Origin: Harriotta raleighana
Taxonomy: Eukaryota
NCBI GenBank assembly: GCA_050575255.1
Contig: JBNZDD010013721.1
Location: forward strand, 6,330,548-6,394,547
Reading direction: 5' to 3'
Length of the DNA stretch: 64,000 bases
A program made the position numbers and the translations under genes. Below are positions 11,201-22,550 of this stretch, in pieces (the stretch's first letter is position 1; each line of letters opens with the position of its first letter). The notes below the pieces were generated by a model that was given only the letters and a program-made list of their open reading frames with translations, was not told where the DNA came from and did not search any database.

Positions 11201-14200
11201 ATAATATCATATTTGCTCAAAAGAAAATCAGTCATACACTTTATAGAATACCCAGTGGAGCACTTTGAGACATCCACTTGACGTGAAAGGTGGTACTGTA
11301 TAACAAATATAAGTACAATAGATTGTGTACTCTGATCAGCTAATTATTGCTCTATTCTAATCTGCGGCATAATAGCAGGACTACATTTACAAAAAATGAA
11401 TTGACGCTTACCTTCTCAGATGCATCACTCCACGCAATCTCATTTCTGATATGTACAGCTCAACATTTACACTGGTTTTCTAGGCTCGAATATAAAAAGT
11501 GAATGTATCAATTTGTTAAACAGAAACTGATTTGAATCCAGTTTTGGTAATCCAATAAATTGTGAAATGTTCTTCCACTCTGGCTGTTATCCATTGTTAA
11601 TTCTTGAATACATTTGAATCAGACTTTGCTCAATGTTGCATTGGAAAGAACATAGGAACAGGAGTAGGCCATTCAGCTCCTGCTCAGCCATTATGTTAGT
11701 TTGTGATTGATATTACTTGTTATATCACACAGCTCATGGGAATGCTCCAAATATCTCGATGCGTGTGAAAAAAAATTCTCCTTATAACTAAAACACGTTT
11801 ATTTATTTTTTCTACTCGCTAACTCTCTTGTTGCAGGTCACAAAACCACATATTTTGTTTGTGAATAATTATTTCGGGAATGGTACACTCTAGGTCTGAA
11901 TTCTAATGCCCCACGCAGTGAGTGTTGATTTTAATCACTCTGCTAGAAGCTGCTGTCAAGTGAAGTTCAGGCAATTAGCTACAGTGAGAGGAAATAAATT
12001 GCAGAACAATCTACACTCACTTGCTTTTAAGGAAACTGGGACATTCAGGCAGATTTAAAAATCTTAAGGCACTGCCAAAGATGTGAGTTTTTCCCAATAT
12101 GCTGTTATATTATTATTTTTATTAATATGCTGTCTTAACAATCCTCTAGGTAAAATTGGCCATTCACTCCATGCCTGTTCGTAGGACATTATTTTGCTGC
12201 TGTGTTCACCTATGAAATACACAGTTAGTCCATTCTACAAATAAAACCTGTGCTGTGCTTTGAGATGTATCAACTCCCTGATTAGGCACTATATCAAACA
12301 CAAAGATTACTATATCAAACATCAATACTCACAACATGCAGTAAAAACAGTTCAGATGAAAAATTGTCAGGTAGGATTACAGACACTTTGGCTGTAGCAA
12401 ATAGATCTACAGTGAAGTTATTTTGAGTCATGGTAAATAGAGGCTCCTTTGTAGCTTTCAACTCAATTTTCAGCAACATGTTGGGGTATTGCTTGCTAAC
12501 CTGGTGGGAACCAAATTAATTTTTTAACTGGATCAATAGTGGAAGGTGATAATGGAAAATATGTATCTGCACACAACATACAATATGAATGAGTGGTTGT
12601 TATAGTGTTCTGTACAGCATAACTTTGACAATTATCCCTTCTTGGGAAATATATTTTCAAATAATCACAACAAACTTAATATTTATATCATCTAGAGGAT
12701 GTTATATGCAAAATGATACTGTAATATGCAAAGATTGTTTCATCTGTTTGACGCTTCCAATAACATAGAATGTGTTAAAGAATCAACAGAATAATAATAC
12801 TTTACACTTACAAAATGTGAGATAATTACACATTTACTAAGAAATGCTGTAAAACTGACTTAAATCTGATCTACATAAATTGTATAATCGCCCAACTCCC
12901 ATTAAAAGTTTATATTCTATGTGAATTCAACATAACTCATACTTCGCCCACAAATATAGTTGTTTTTTCCTATTCGCCTTTTCTCTACCCCGATCTCACC
13001 CCTTGCCACCTATCTCTCCTAACCCCACTTCCATGACTGTTTTGTGGGACATTGCTGTTCGTAATTTGGCTGCCGCATTTTCGCCCACAAATATACCATC
13101 AATTTTTCCCACTTTCCTTCCCCAACCCCTCCCCCCCGCTCTGATCCCTACTTGACTGTACAGCGCCTTGGGACGTCCTCCGGACATGAAAGGCGCTATA
13201 TAAATGTAATTTTGATTGATTGATTGAACTCACACTTTGTAGAAATCACATTAATGTATGATCCCAACTGATATGTCGTGTGAGGTTTGCTATACTAAAT
13301 ATTTCACCTCAAGAAAATGAAACCATATGAAAAAAATCAGAGTGGAATGGCTAAATGCAAGAATAAATAAATGGACCAGTTAAGTAGAATTCCGCGACCA
13401 GTCATCATAGGAAAATTGAAAGAATTCTGAATGAATTTCTTGAGTTGTAAATTGACCTGACCTCATGCAGCAATGATGACAGGCTGGATGTGTTCAATCG
13501 AAAGGCCAGGTTCTCTGGAATCTGAAAATAAGACAGATAGCTGTAAAATCCAAATGAATGGCAGACTGAAGAAAACAACCATTTGGCCCATAAAACATTT
13601 CCACCCACAACCAAACAAGATCAAACGTTATTCATGAACTTCAGACCATCTATTTTATCTCCTATGGAAACGTTCTTCATAGCTAGTTTCTAACCACAAA
13701 AATAATCAAATAAAAATTCTAGGAAATAATAATTTTTGCTTTAAAAATGATGTTTACCCAGCCCCTCATCTCCACTGTGCAACAGAGCACATTTTCCTTC
13801 AAATCACAAAATAAAGAAACAATTTTGTGCTTCAGGATGTTTGTTTGCCAGCCTGATCCTTTCATTTATTCATGAATTCTAGCATTGTCACTGATAGCAT
13901 AGCAGGAAATATGGTCCTAAACAGCATTCCAGTCACGAATTTGCAAAATTCACACAAGATTGTTGAGGAGGTTCCATTGACTGGGATTTGAACTTGAGGC
14001 TGCCTCATTAATTACTGCATCTTAACAGGATAAGTCACTTACTGCATCATCAGTGATGTTCATTTGCAAAGCTCCAGCTACATAATATGCAAATCCCATT
14101 GCATTGAAGAAATTCTCCGATATTCCAACGTACAACATTAAATCAATGATGTCCGGGAGATTAAATGGTTGCACATCATATGAAGGTTTATTATGATGCT

Positions 14201-17200
14201 GCAGATCATAAACTACACCCTAAAGAAGAAGCAATTCAATGTGTTGGTATTTAAAAATGAACTGATCAGGAATTAAGTGACAGTAATGAAATGACAAGAG
14301 CACACACCCAGTAGCTGCAGTTCAAGGACAGACTCAGAAATGGGATCCATTGAACACAGACTCATTTTAAAAAAAAGTAACATGATTTATTCACTGCACT
14401 ATGGATTTGATCTTAACACTGCATTTAGTAACTCTCATCATTATTAAAAGCAAAGTTAGTTTAATTATTTTAGCTTATTAAAGATCTTCATATGTCTTAT
14501 TGTTTACGCAATAAGGGAATAATGCAATTTACATTTTGGTTATATTAAACTCATATTTATATTTCTAATAGCTGACACATTTTAAATTAATGAAATTTCA
14601 GAAGAAAGGTTTGCAGTCTGTCAGAGAAAAATTAAAATGATTGATTCGCATCTGCACAAACAAAAAAGTGTCTCTTCTGATACCGGAAACTGTGACAAAG
14701 AATGTAGCCCAGCATTTTACATTGCAATTTTGCAACTCTACCTTAACAGGCCACTCGATGGAATTTGCTGTGATCACAGGTTCTCCGTCCAAAGAATAAT
14801 CAAATTTAACATACTTGTCCATTTGATATAAGCCTGTGAAATAAAATGATAACAAATATCGTAAATGTGTCTCAGATGAAAGGGAGGTTTATACAATGAC
14901 TCCACACAAATGTGATAGTTTCCTGCCGATTAGCTTACCATTCAGTTCCATGGCTTTAAGATGTTCAATCGATGTTACAAAGTATGAACAGACCTGACAA
15001 GAAAACAAATGTGAATGATAAAAATAAAAGGAGAGAAGATTGTTGGAGGAGTTTATGGAAATACTTTTTGCATAGTAATACTGTAATATATTTGGAGTCA
15101 CTTCCCATTATGTATTTTATTTTGTGGGACAAATCATTTAAATCTATTTATTATTATGTAGCATTTGATACTTTCCTCATTTCCACTATTGGTGAAAAAT
15201 CTGGTGTTTGGTAATTACAATATATTTTCGTTAAGGTTTTGGTTTAATTTTTTTTCTCAAATGTTTTTCCACCTGAATGTTTAGTGAGATGTCATGCATC
15301 CTGCCAAAATAATTGAAAACTTCTCCAAAATTCAACCCAATTGTCAGCATATAAATATCTCCAAACATGAATGAAACCAATTTTTACTCAATTTTTCTAA
15401 TGCTGTCAGTGAGCACTCATGTGATATTCCTTCTATTGTATTTGCAAGCTCTATCTATTTCCTCATAGTTATATTTTTATTTAAAAGATATGTGGAGCCT
15501 TCCTCCTGGTTACCCTGATTTACAATCCCTTCTTTAATCAAAATTTACCCCAAATTTCAATTTATTTGAGAATAGTGGCTGCCATTATTGCCTGCCATTA
15601 TTTTATGTGAAAGGCACCAAATAAATGCAAGTTATGGTTTTAAGATTAAGATCTCTAATTGCATTTAAACAATGTATTCTAACATAGGCAACAGGCATGG
15701 GCTGCTTTCTGTTTACAGGCTTTACTTCCCATTGGATTGAATAACATCTAGAATCAGAAAGAAAAAATGAGGAAGCAGTTCTAGATATACCTTCTTAGAA
15801 AAAGTTTTTCTGATTTCTTTTATTGCTCTTTCACCCAACATACCATAAAGCCATCTTTGAAAAGAAAAATATCAAATGTTAACAACTAGAATGTGACTAT
15901 TATTCATGTGGATGATTTTTCAGTCTCAGAGGCATAGAGGGGAACTGAAGAGCACATTGTTTTCTGGTTTGGCTGAGATCAGTTAACCTCTGGTCTGAAT
16001 GTGCCATGGAAACGTATTTTTACTAATAAGCATGACTAAATGCATACTTTTACACAAAAGACCAATGAAGAAGCTATGTTTTCAAATTTTAACTGTGGAT
16101 GAATCCTTCTCCTTTTCTGGACAACAAGAGAGAACTTCATCCTTAAGGCTTAAGAGTTCAAAAACATGAATCTACAACATAGACTTTAATATAATCCTTG
16201 CATTTATTTCCATTTCATTTAAAATTCATTGAAAACTCACTTTGTTCCAAATGAAACGCTTTCTTGAAATACTCTACATAGAGAAGCATTACTGAGACTC
16301 AATTCATAATGTCTTCAGGGGAAGAAACACATCAATATATTATATGGAAATAACATCCATCTTACAAATCACAATGAACATACTTGCCACTTCCTTGAAA
16401 ACCAATTTCAAAATTTTTGAATGTTGAGTTACAACTAATGGGTGTCACTGTTGTTTGGCTAGTATTGTGTAAGAATCCAACAGTAAGCATTGTTGAAAGC
16501 GTGCTGATGTTCAGGTTAAAAGCCGTTGTACTGTATCTATTGAAAGATAACACAGCAGAGATGTTAATAGAAACACTTTGATCCTAGTCAGACCACAAAG
16601 CAGCTCTTCCACATTTAGTCATTGTCAAGCTTACTAAAGTGGAAATGGTGTCAAAAAGTCATCATCAGTAAGGACCCCTGAAGAGCATTTGATGGTTTTT
16701 GACACATGTATTGATGAATAAATTAACCTGTGTAATTCTCCCTAAACTGCCAATTTATTGTAGGAATCAAGGAAAGCAGACACAGCAGGGAACCTTCCAA
16801 CCCGTTCCACCAATTTATTCCATCTTCACAGATCATTTAATTCCACATTGTTGTCCATTCACCATAACTTTTAAGAACACCGTTACCCACGTATTTATCT
16901 CTATTTAGGTCCATCTATCATTCTTTTAGACGCCCGTACTGATTCTGCCTCACCATCTCACAGGAATAGAGTATTCAATACCTTTGTAACCCTCTGTGCA
17001 AATAAATACTTATTGCCCCCAGTTTTGTCTTAATTCTGAATTTTTAACGCTTCATCATCTTTCAAATTGTGTCCCTTTTCTTTTGAAGTGAAATCTTCTT
17101 TTCAGCATCTCATCTGATGGGCATGCTCAAGGGTCTGATGATATGTGATCAGTGTTACATACTAGTCTGCAATTATCAAAGTGGTCTGAACCATATTACA

Positions 17201-18783
17201 ACATGTGAATGTATTCCAATTGCTTCAACCAGAGTCCAAATAAACAGTAGTTACAGACAACTTACACTAGTGCCAATGCCACCTCCAATTCTCCATCCAG
17301 GCTAAGGTAAACATCATTTGAAAATTTGATACCAATGTCTGGAATGAACTGCGCACTGGAATTGTGAAATCCAAAATCTGTAAGCCGTAGCCTGGGATAA
17401 CAATAGCAATCATTTATAAATGTTATGCAATCATATCTCTATATTCTCAGAAAAAGGAGTGATTTCGATATTGTGATTTAATCCAGCTCACCCATTCCCT
17501 CAATAACCTGTGAATATTATATTACGTTTTCAGAGCAAAACATAAAAATATTGCTTATGTGGCCCACGGACATATCCCAGATAGGACACCTGGCCCTCAG
17601 CAACAAAAAGGTTGGACCACCTGGATACAAGTTATGTTATAACTTCTTACCAAAAATGCGGCCATAAGGGAGCCAACTGCAATATGCAACTCAAATTAGT
17701 GCACGCTGTGTTTAAATTTGACATCATTCATTGATGGTTTATTGCAGGAACTCAATGTGAGAAACATATCAGTTAATGGTTTTATCGACTGCTACACTGA
17801 TCCCATCAAAAAGCAAGCTTGGGAATTTCAATTGTATTTGATAGCTTATCAGTTGATGAGTCACTTTTATTGAAATGTTTTTCAGCATAGTAAATGTGCA
17901 CAGGTAAATTAGTTGAGGTACCCTTTCTTGTTGACCTTCCAAGGAGAGTAGGCCAAAAGTCAAAAGCAGTACAGTAGTTTAATACAACAAAACCCTGTTA
18001 TACTACTTCCATACATACCTTGATACTTTGTAATCCATCCATCCCAACAAGTCCTTTTTTCCAGTTTCATCTGGCAATTGAAACTCTTTAATCTTCTGCT
18101 CAAGAAAATTGACACCAATTTTCCTGGCTAATGATATTACATTATAGGTAATTAATACACATGTAGCACCGTAAAACATATTTGTGTTCAATAACATGAG
18201 ATACTGTAGTAAAAATCCAATATATTTTAAGGTGGATGACTAAACAACTGGAAGCTTGTTTACATGATATTAGTAATGGTATGTTAAGTACCATTTAAAA
18301 CTACATGGTGTCCTGAAAATCATCCATTTTACGCCATAGCACGAAGCAGAGATAATAAGTACCACTAAATGTGCACCGACAAATTAATTGAAATGTTTTT
18401 ATTTTTAATGAAACTTTTTTTCTCTCGTGTAACAGACCCAATATAAAATCAATTAGCAGATGATTTTAAATATCTATATGAAGACAGAAGTGACAATCCT
18501 TACACAATTCATATATTGATGAGGGTTTTGCGTAATTTCCATAGATTTCCATAGTCTGTACAAAAACAAAACAGGCCATTTGGCCCAACTTGTCCACACC
18601 TGTGTTTATACTCCACTTGAGCCTCAGTTAACAACTTCCGAAAGAAAGGACATAATCATTCACACTGTACTCACCAAATTGTAAACCTTTTTGTGTAATT
18701 TTTATTTTCGTTCCTGGGTTGGCCGCAAGCGTTCCCGTCACAGTAAAAAGCAGAAAAACAGAAGCATAAACTGACAGGAACAT
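8209..18783 (-). CDS. BPI/LBP-family (BPI-fold, BPIFC/BPIFB-like) secreted lipid-binding protein; 15 coding exons, 468 aa
   Basis: All introns GT-AG with consistent phase. Exon sizes 109,109,126,153,64,55,92,177,60,168,68,43,64,77,42 = 1407 nt. Signal peptide MFLSVYASVFLLFTVTGTLA followed by ANPGTKIKITQKGLQF. Family motifs DYSL..EP, MLYVGISENFFN, RLNT, YPNM, GTD. The N-terminal Cys pair is present (ISC, VC). Confidence 0.93.
9285..9361 (-). CDS. BPI-fold gene coding exon 14
   Basis: VLLYRGKALPILNNISLLNPIIKINK; 77 nt. Confidence 0.85.
9478..9783 (-). mobile_element. Full-length tRNA/Deu/L2-tail SINE in a BPI-gene intron
   Basis: Head, core and (TAA)n tail collinear with the other copies. Confidence 0.85.
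10193..10256 (-). CDS. BPI-fold gene coding exon 13
   Basis: VKVLDAIVETLFKKSVFPQLN; 64 nt. Confidence 0.87.
10450..10492 (-). CDS. BPI-fold gene coding exon 12
   Basis: SFNLVLKESKVGDIH; 43 nt. Confidence 0.85.
11412..11479 (-). CDS. BPI-fold gene coding exon 11
   Basis: KTSVNVELYISEMRLRGVMHLR; 68 nt. Confidence 0.85.
12333..12500 (-). CDS. BPI-fold gene coding exon 10
   Basis: VSKQYPNMLLKIELKATKEPLFTMTQNNFTVDLFATAKVSVILPDNFSSELFLLHV; 168 nt. Confidence 0.9.
13462..13521 (-). CDS. BPI-fold gene coding exon 9
   Basis: IPENLAFRLNTSSLSSLLHE; 60 nt. Confidence 0.88.
14043..14219 (-). CDS. BPI-fold gene coding exon 8
   Basis: GVVYDLQHHNKPSYDVQPFNLPDIIDLMLYVGISENFFNAMGFAYYVAGALQMNITDDA; 177 nt. 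Confidence 0.92.
14742..14833 (-). CDS. BPI-fold gene coding exon 7
   Basis: GLYQMDKYVKFDYSLDGEPVITANSIEWPVK; 92 nt. Confidence 0.9.
14939..14993 (-). CDS. BPI-fold gene coding exon 6
   Basis: VCSYFVTSIEHLKAMELN; second conserved Cys. Confidence 0.85.
15791..15854 (-). CDS. BPI-fold gene coding exon 5
   Basis: KWLYGMLGERAIKEIRKTFSKK; 64 nt, WLY motif. Confidence 0.88.
16384..16536 (-). CDS. BPI-fold gene coding exon 4
   Basis: YSTTAFNLNISTLSTMLTVGFLHNTSQTTVTPISCNSTFKNFEIGFQGSG; first conserved Cys. Confidence 0.88.
17266..17391 (-). CDS. BPI-fold gene coding exon 3
   Basis: RLRLTDFGFHNSSAQFIPDIGIKFSNDVYLSLDGELEVALALV; donor GTAAGT. Confidence 0.88.
18019..18127 (-). CDS. BPI-fold gene coding exon 2
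   Basis: ARKIGVNFLEQKIKEFQLPDETGKKDLLGWMDYKVS; AG/GT boundaries, phase 1-2. Confidence 0.9.
18675..18783 (-). CDS. BPI-fold gene coding exon 1 (exon begins 18823 including 5'UTR)
   Basis: MFLSVYASVFLLFTVTGTLAANPGTKIKITQKGLQF; donor G|GTGAGT; acceptor at 18824-18825. Confidence 0.9.
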
Positions 18784-19454
18784 ATTTGCCAGCCGCATTC
18801 AATATCAAGGTCAACGGATTTACCTGCAATAATATATTTTATATTTTTGTATAAAATGGCAGTACTTAAGTAACACTTAAATCATCTCTCATCTCTTAAA
18901 ACATTAGAAACACATTACTGGAAATCATATCTTCAGTTGTCTCTAAACAAATTATTACAGCACAACCCAAACCCAGTCGGTGTGCACTAAGACACTTGTC
19001 AAATGTTCTTTTATGTGAAAGGATCTGTATTCCTGCAAGTTGTTATCACTGCAATTTGGGCAAAATTTATTGTCCAATTATTGTTTCCAAATACTTTGGA
19101 AAATTGACAATATTTCAAGCAATACCGAACAAAGCAATTTCAATTCCATCAAATTTCTCTAACAACAGCTACCATAATAAATAACTTATGCAATCACAAC
19201 TTGTATTTTTAAAAGATTTTATTGTATAAAGTTTATAATATATATTGCGTTATATTTTAACTGGTCTTCAATATTAGAATATTGCAAGTGTACAGCATTG
19301 TACTGTCCTTCTATTTAGCGCCTTCTACCCTGGTAATAAATAAAGTGAAAATACATATAAATATATTATCTCAGAGTCCAAATGCATACTTTCAAATGGA
19401 GTTTTTGAATAAGTCAATTGTAAAAAGAATATAAAATACTTAACCAAGTAACAG

Positions 19455-19595
19455 CTTACCTTTACTGCAGGAAATTAACCTGCAGAATGTCTGAATGACT
19501 TCACTTAGCTACTTGTTTGATGTGGAAAAAGGAAGATTTCAAACCAAATGCAAAGAAATCAGACAATGTGGGACCAACGGTACTGTTTATACAAC
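19455..19595 (-). promoter_or_regulatory. Candidate non-coding first exon and TATA-like box of the BPI-fold gene
   Basis: Minus-strand donor AAG|GTAAGC near 19459 and GTATAAAC-like element near 19585-19592. The ATG-containing exon has an acceptor at 18824-18825, which implies an upstream exon. Confidence 0.4.
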
Positions 19596-20084
19596 CCAAA
19601 ATTAGCCATGAAACAAAAAATTGCTTTAAGTGAATAAATTAGGACCTACTAAAGTCTGACAAAACAGAACATTCCGTTACGTTTTAACAAGTCCTGAACA
19701 TTAGTTTGTTGCAAGTGTACAGCATTGTTTTATTGAAGGACTGGCCACAGAGAGAAATATGGAACTACTAGTTTCAAAGCTTTGGATCATGTACTGTCCA
19801 TTTAGTATCTTCTACCCTGAGAATAAGTGTCAAATGCCTTGAGTACATCCCTGCCATCCTAAATAGTAGGTTACAAATTGCAGTTTTCAATTTGCTCTTT
19901 GAAAACCTTGCTGCAGACTCCACATTTATGCCATAGTAATAAAAACTACTCCGTGAATCTGTGTGCTTGCAGTTAGTCAGAGCATTTTAGTTGGATTCGA
20001 TACGATAGTTATTACCAAATCTACTGGACAAAATTAAAAGCAATACAATGAGATGCAGCCACGAAGAGGGATGGGTGTCAACCA

Positions 20085-20262
20085 CTCACTCCCTTCACCT
20101 CGCCTCCTTTTTCTAGTTTCGGGTCCCAGCTGAAGATCTTTCTCTTCGATCACGCCTTTGGTCACCGTTCTACCCCTGCCCTGGGATCCGCTATTGTGAA
20201 GTGCTCTGAGACGCCGTCTGGGGTGGAGGGTGCTATATAAATCAAAGTTGTTATTGTTGTAG
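20085..20262 (+). mobile_element. L2 LINE 3' end
   Basis: CTGAAGATCTTTCTCTTCGATCACGCCTTT...GTGAAGTGCTCTGAGACG...GCTATATAAAT...(TTG)n; similar to 47215-47375. Confidence 0.65.
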
Positions 20263-20556
20263 TACTCCTGCCTCTGAATCTGCCCATTACAACTTCAGGA
20301 AATCTATCAGAAAGGCAGCTACCACATTATGACCCCACCTCTGACCACCTGGAACACCTATATACAGTAAAAGCCCGTTTATCCAGCACCCTCAGGACCT
20401 GGCCAATGCCGGTTAAACGGCATGCCGGATATTTGGAAGAAAANATTGTTGTAGTACTCCTGACTCTGAATCTGCCCATTACAACTTCAGGAAATCTATC
20501 AGAAAGGCAGATACCACATTATGACCCCACCTCTGACCACCTGGAACACCTATATA

Positions 20557-21516
20557 CAGTAAAAGCCCGTTTATCCAGCACCCTCAGGACCTGGCCAATG
20601 CCGGTTAAACGGCATGCCGGATATTTGGAAGAAAACCCAACACAAAAAAATTAACTTTTTTTTAAAGATACCATATTAATAATAGACTAAATAATAACAG
20701 AATATTGTATGGCTACTTACCAATAAAACAATAAATATCATTATTCTATAAACACAGCACACAAACACAAAAGAAAACTTCTACAACCGCAGACGATTGT
20801 CGTAAAGCGGTACTGTCTTTTTTTTCTTTCTCTTTCACAGTCAGTCTGGCATCTCAATAGCTCCAAACCAAGACCCCTCCACTCCTCTCATTCTCCATCT
20901 AAATTAATCAACTAACCCCCTGACCTTCCCCCCCCACCACCTTCTCCCTGCCACTTTCTCCTNTAGTGTCGTAAAGCGGTACTGTCTTTTTTTCCCTTTT
21001 TTTTCTTTCTCTTTCAGTCAGTCTGGCATCTCAATAGCTCCAAACCAAGACCCCTCCACTCCTCTCATTCTCCATCTAAATTAATCAACTAACCCCCTGA
21101 CCTTCTCCCCCCACCACCTTCTCCCTGCCACTTTCTCCTTCTCCCAGCCCCCCACCAAAACAGTGTATAAACCCAAGGTACAGTCAGGCTACACAGGCAA
21201 TACGTAGCATCCATCAGAGAGAGAGGGAAAGAAAGGGGAAGAGATAGAGAGAGGGAGAGAGAGGAAGGAGATGGAGAGAGAGAGAAAAAGATGGAGGAAA
21301 AACCGACAGTGCCCCCTTTAAGAAGAAAACCCAAAAGTGCCACTACCGGCAGCATTCAGAACTAATCGTTCTGTACTCTTGTGCGACATTCGACTCATTA
21401 AATGCACCACTGCGATTGTGTTGGATAAGATCCGTTTATTTGAATCGGGAGCTTTTTTGAGGTGCGTTATACAGAAGTTCCGGTTGATGAAGTCACAGAT
21501 AAATGGGCTTTTACTA
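20557..21516. mobile_element. Non-autonomous Tigger/pogo-like DNA transposon (ends duplicated by assembly at 20365 and 21714)
   Basis: TIRs CAGTAAAAGCCCGTTTATC ... GATAAATGGGCTTTTACT(G/A) flanked by TA. Confidence 0.75.
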
Positions 21517-22448
21517 TACAATGGAAGAAAAATGCCAATATAAAAAAAGTAAACCGCAAGCTTTACTGAGGGTCGATTTGAGACGTCCAACAAATTCCAG
21601 GTTGAATATGTGAAAGATGGCTGAATGCAGGATGTCCAACTATAAACNGCTTTTTTGAGGTGCGTTATACAGAAGTTCCGGTTGATCAAGTCACAGATAA
21701 ATGGGCTTTTACTGTACAATGGAAGAAAAATGCCAATATTAAAAAAAGTAAACCGCAAGCATTACTGAGGGTCGATTTGAGACGTCCAACAAATTTCAGG
21801 TTGAATATGTGAAAGATGGCTGAATGCAGGATGTCCAACTATAAACAACAGTCCTTGCATTTGATATAGCAGCTTATCACATCTTTGAGTCTTCTCAAAG
21901 CATTTCACAGGATACACAGTAAAGTGAATTGACTATGGTTGAAAAAAAACCTAAAGAAAAGTGCATATGTTTTCAAGACTTTATTTGTAACAAGCACTGA
22001 CACAATATGTTTACACTTCTGGTTCCCCACCAGTACAAAAAATGTTTTCCTGATGCATTGTTCATTGAGAAATTCTCATGTTGTTACAAACAAATATCTG
22101 AAATATTTAACAATACCTTGGAGTTTGATTGCAAATGAACACACTTTAAGAACGTTTTTAACCAATAAACACATGAATCTTCCTTAATTGTTTTATTATA
22201 GAAGTATACATTCATGCAGTGCCGAATAGTTCTTTGAGGTTTACTCTTAATCCGTATTAATATTGGTAATATATTTGTTGTTGCACAAATAATATTTTAT
22301 CTACGTATCGTTCAGAAAATATATTGGGTACAGTATTAGCACATATTTTCCTTCATCCAGTCTCAGGAACTGGATCTGAAATGACATACAAATCTGATTT
22401 GCCTGTTTCATTAGGCATCAATGTCTACTCTTGCCCACTACTAACAAT

Positions 22449-22550
22449 TTACTGCAAATGCTGTTTTGAGATCAATTTGCAAATTGAGTTCTTCAGTGTG
22501 GTATGACACACAGGAATTGCCTTTAAACTTTGAGAATTAGCATCTGTTAT
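22449..22550 (-). CDS. CDK5RAP1: CDK5RAP1 terminal coding exon
   Basis: [33 protein letters not shown]; candidate minus-strand AATAAA at 22192-22197. Confidence 0.9.
   Translation of the reverse strand: MTDANSQSLKAIPVCHTTLKNSICKLISKQHLQ

Noticed and set aside
21089-21355. ORF with SLSLSL / transmembrane-like look
   Set aside because: Translation of the (GA)n tract inside the Tigger-like element.
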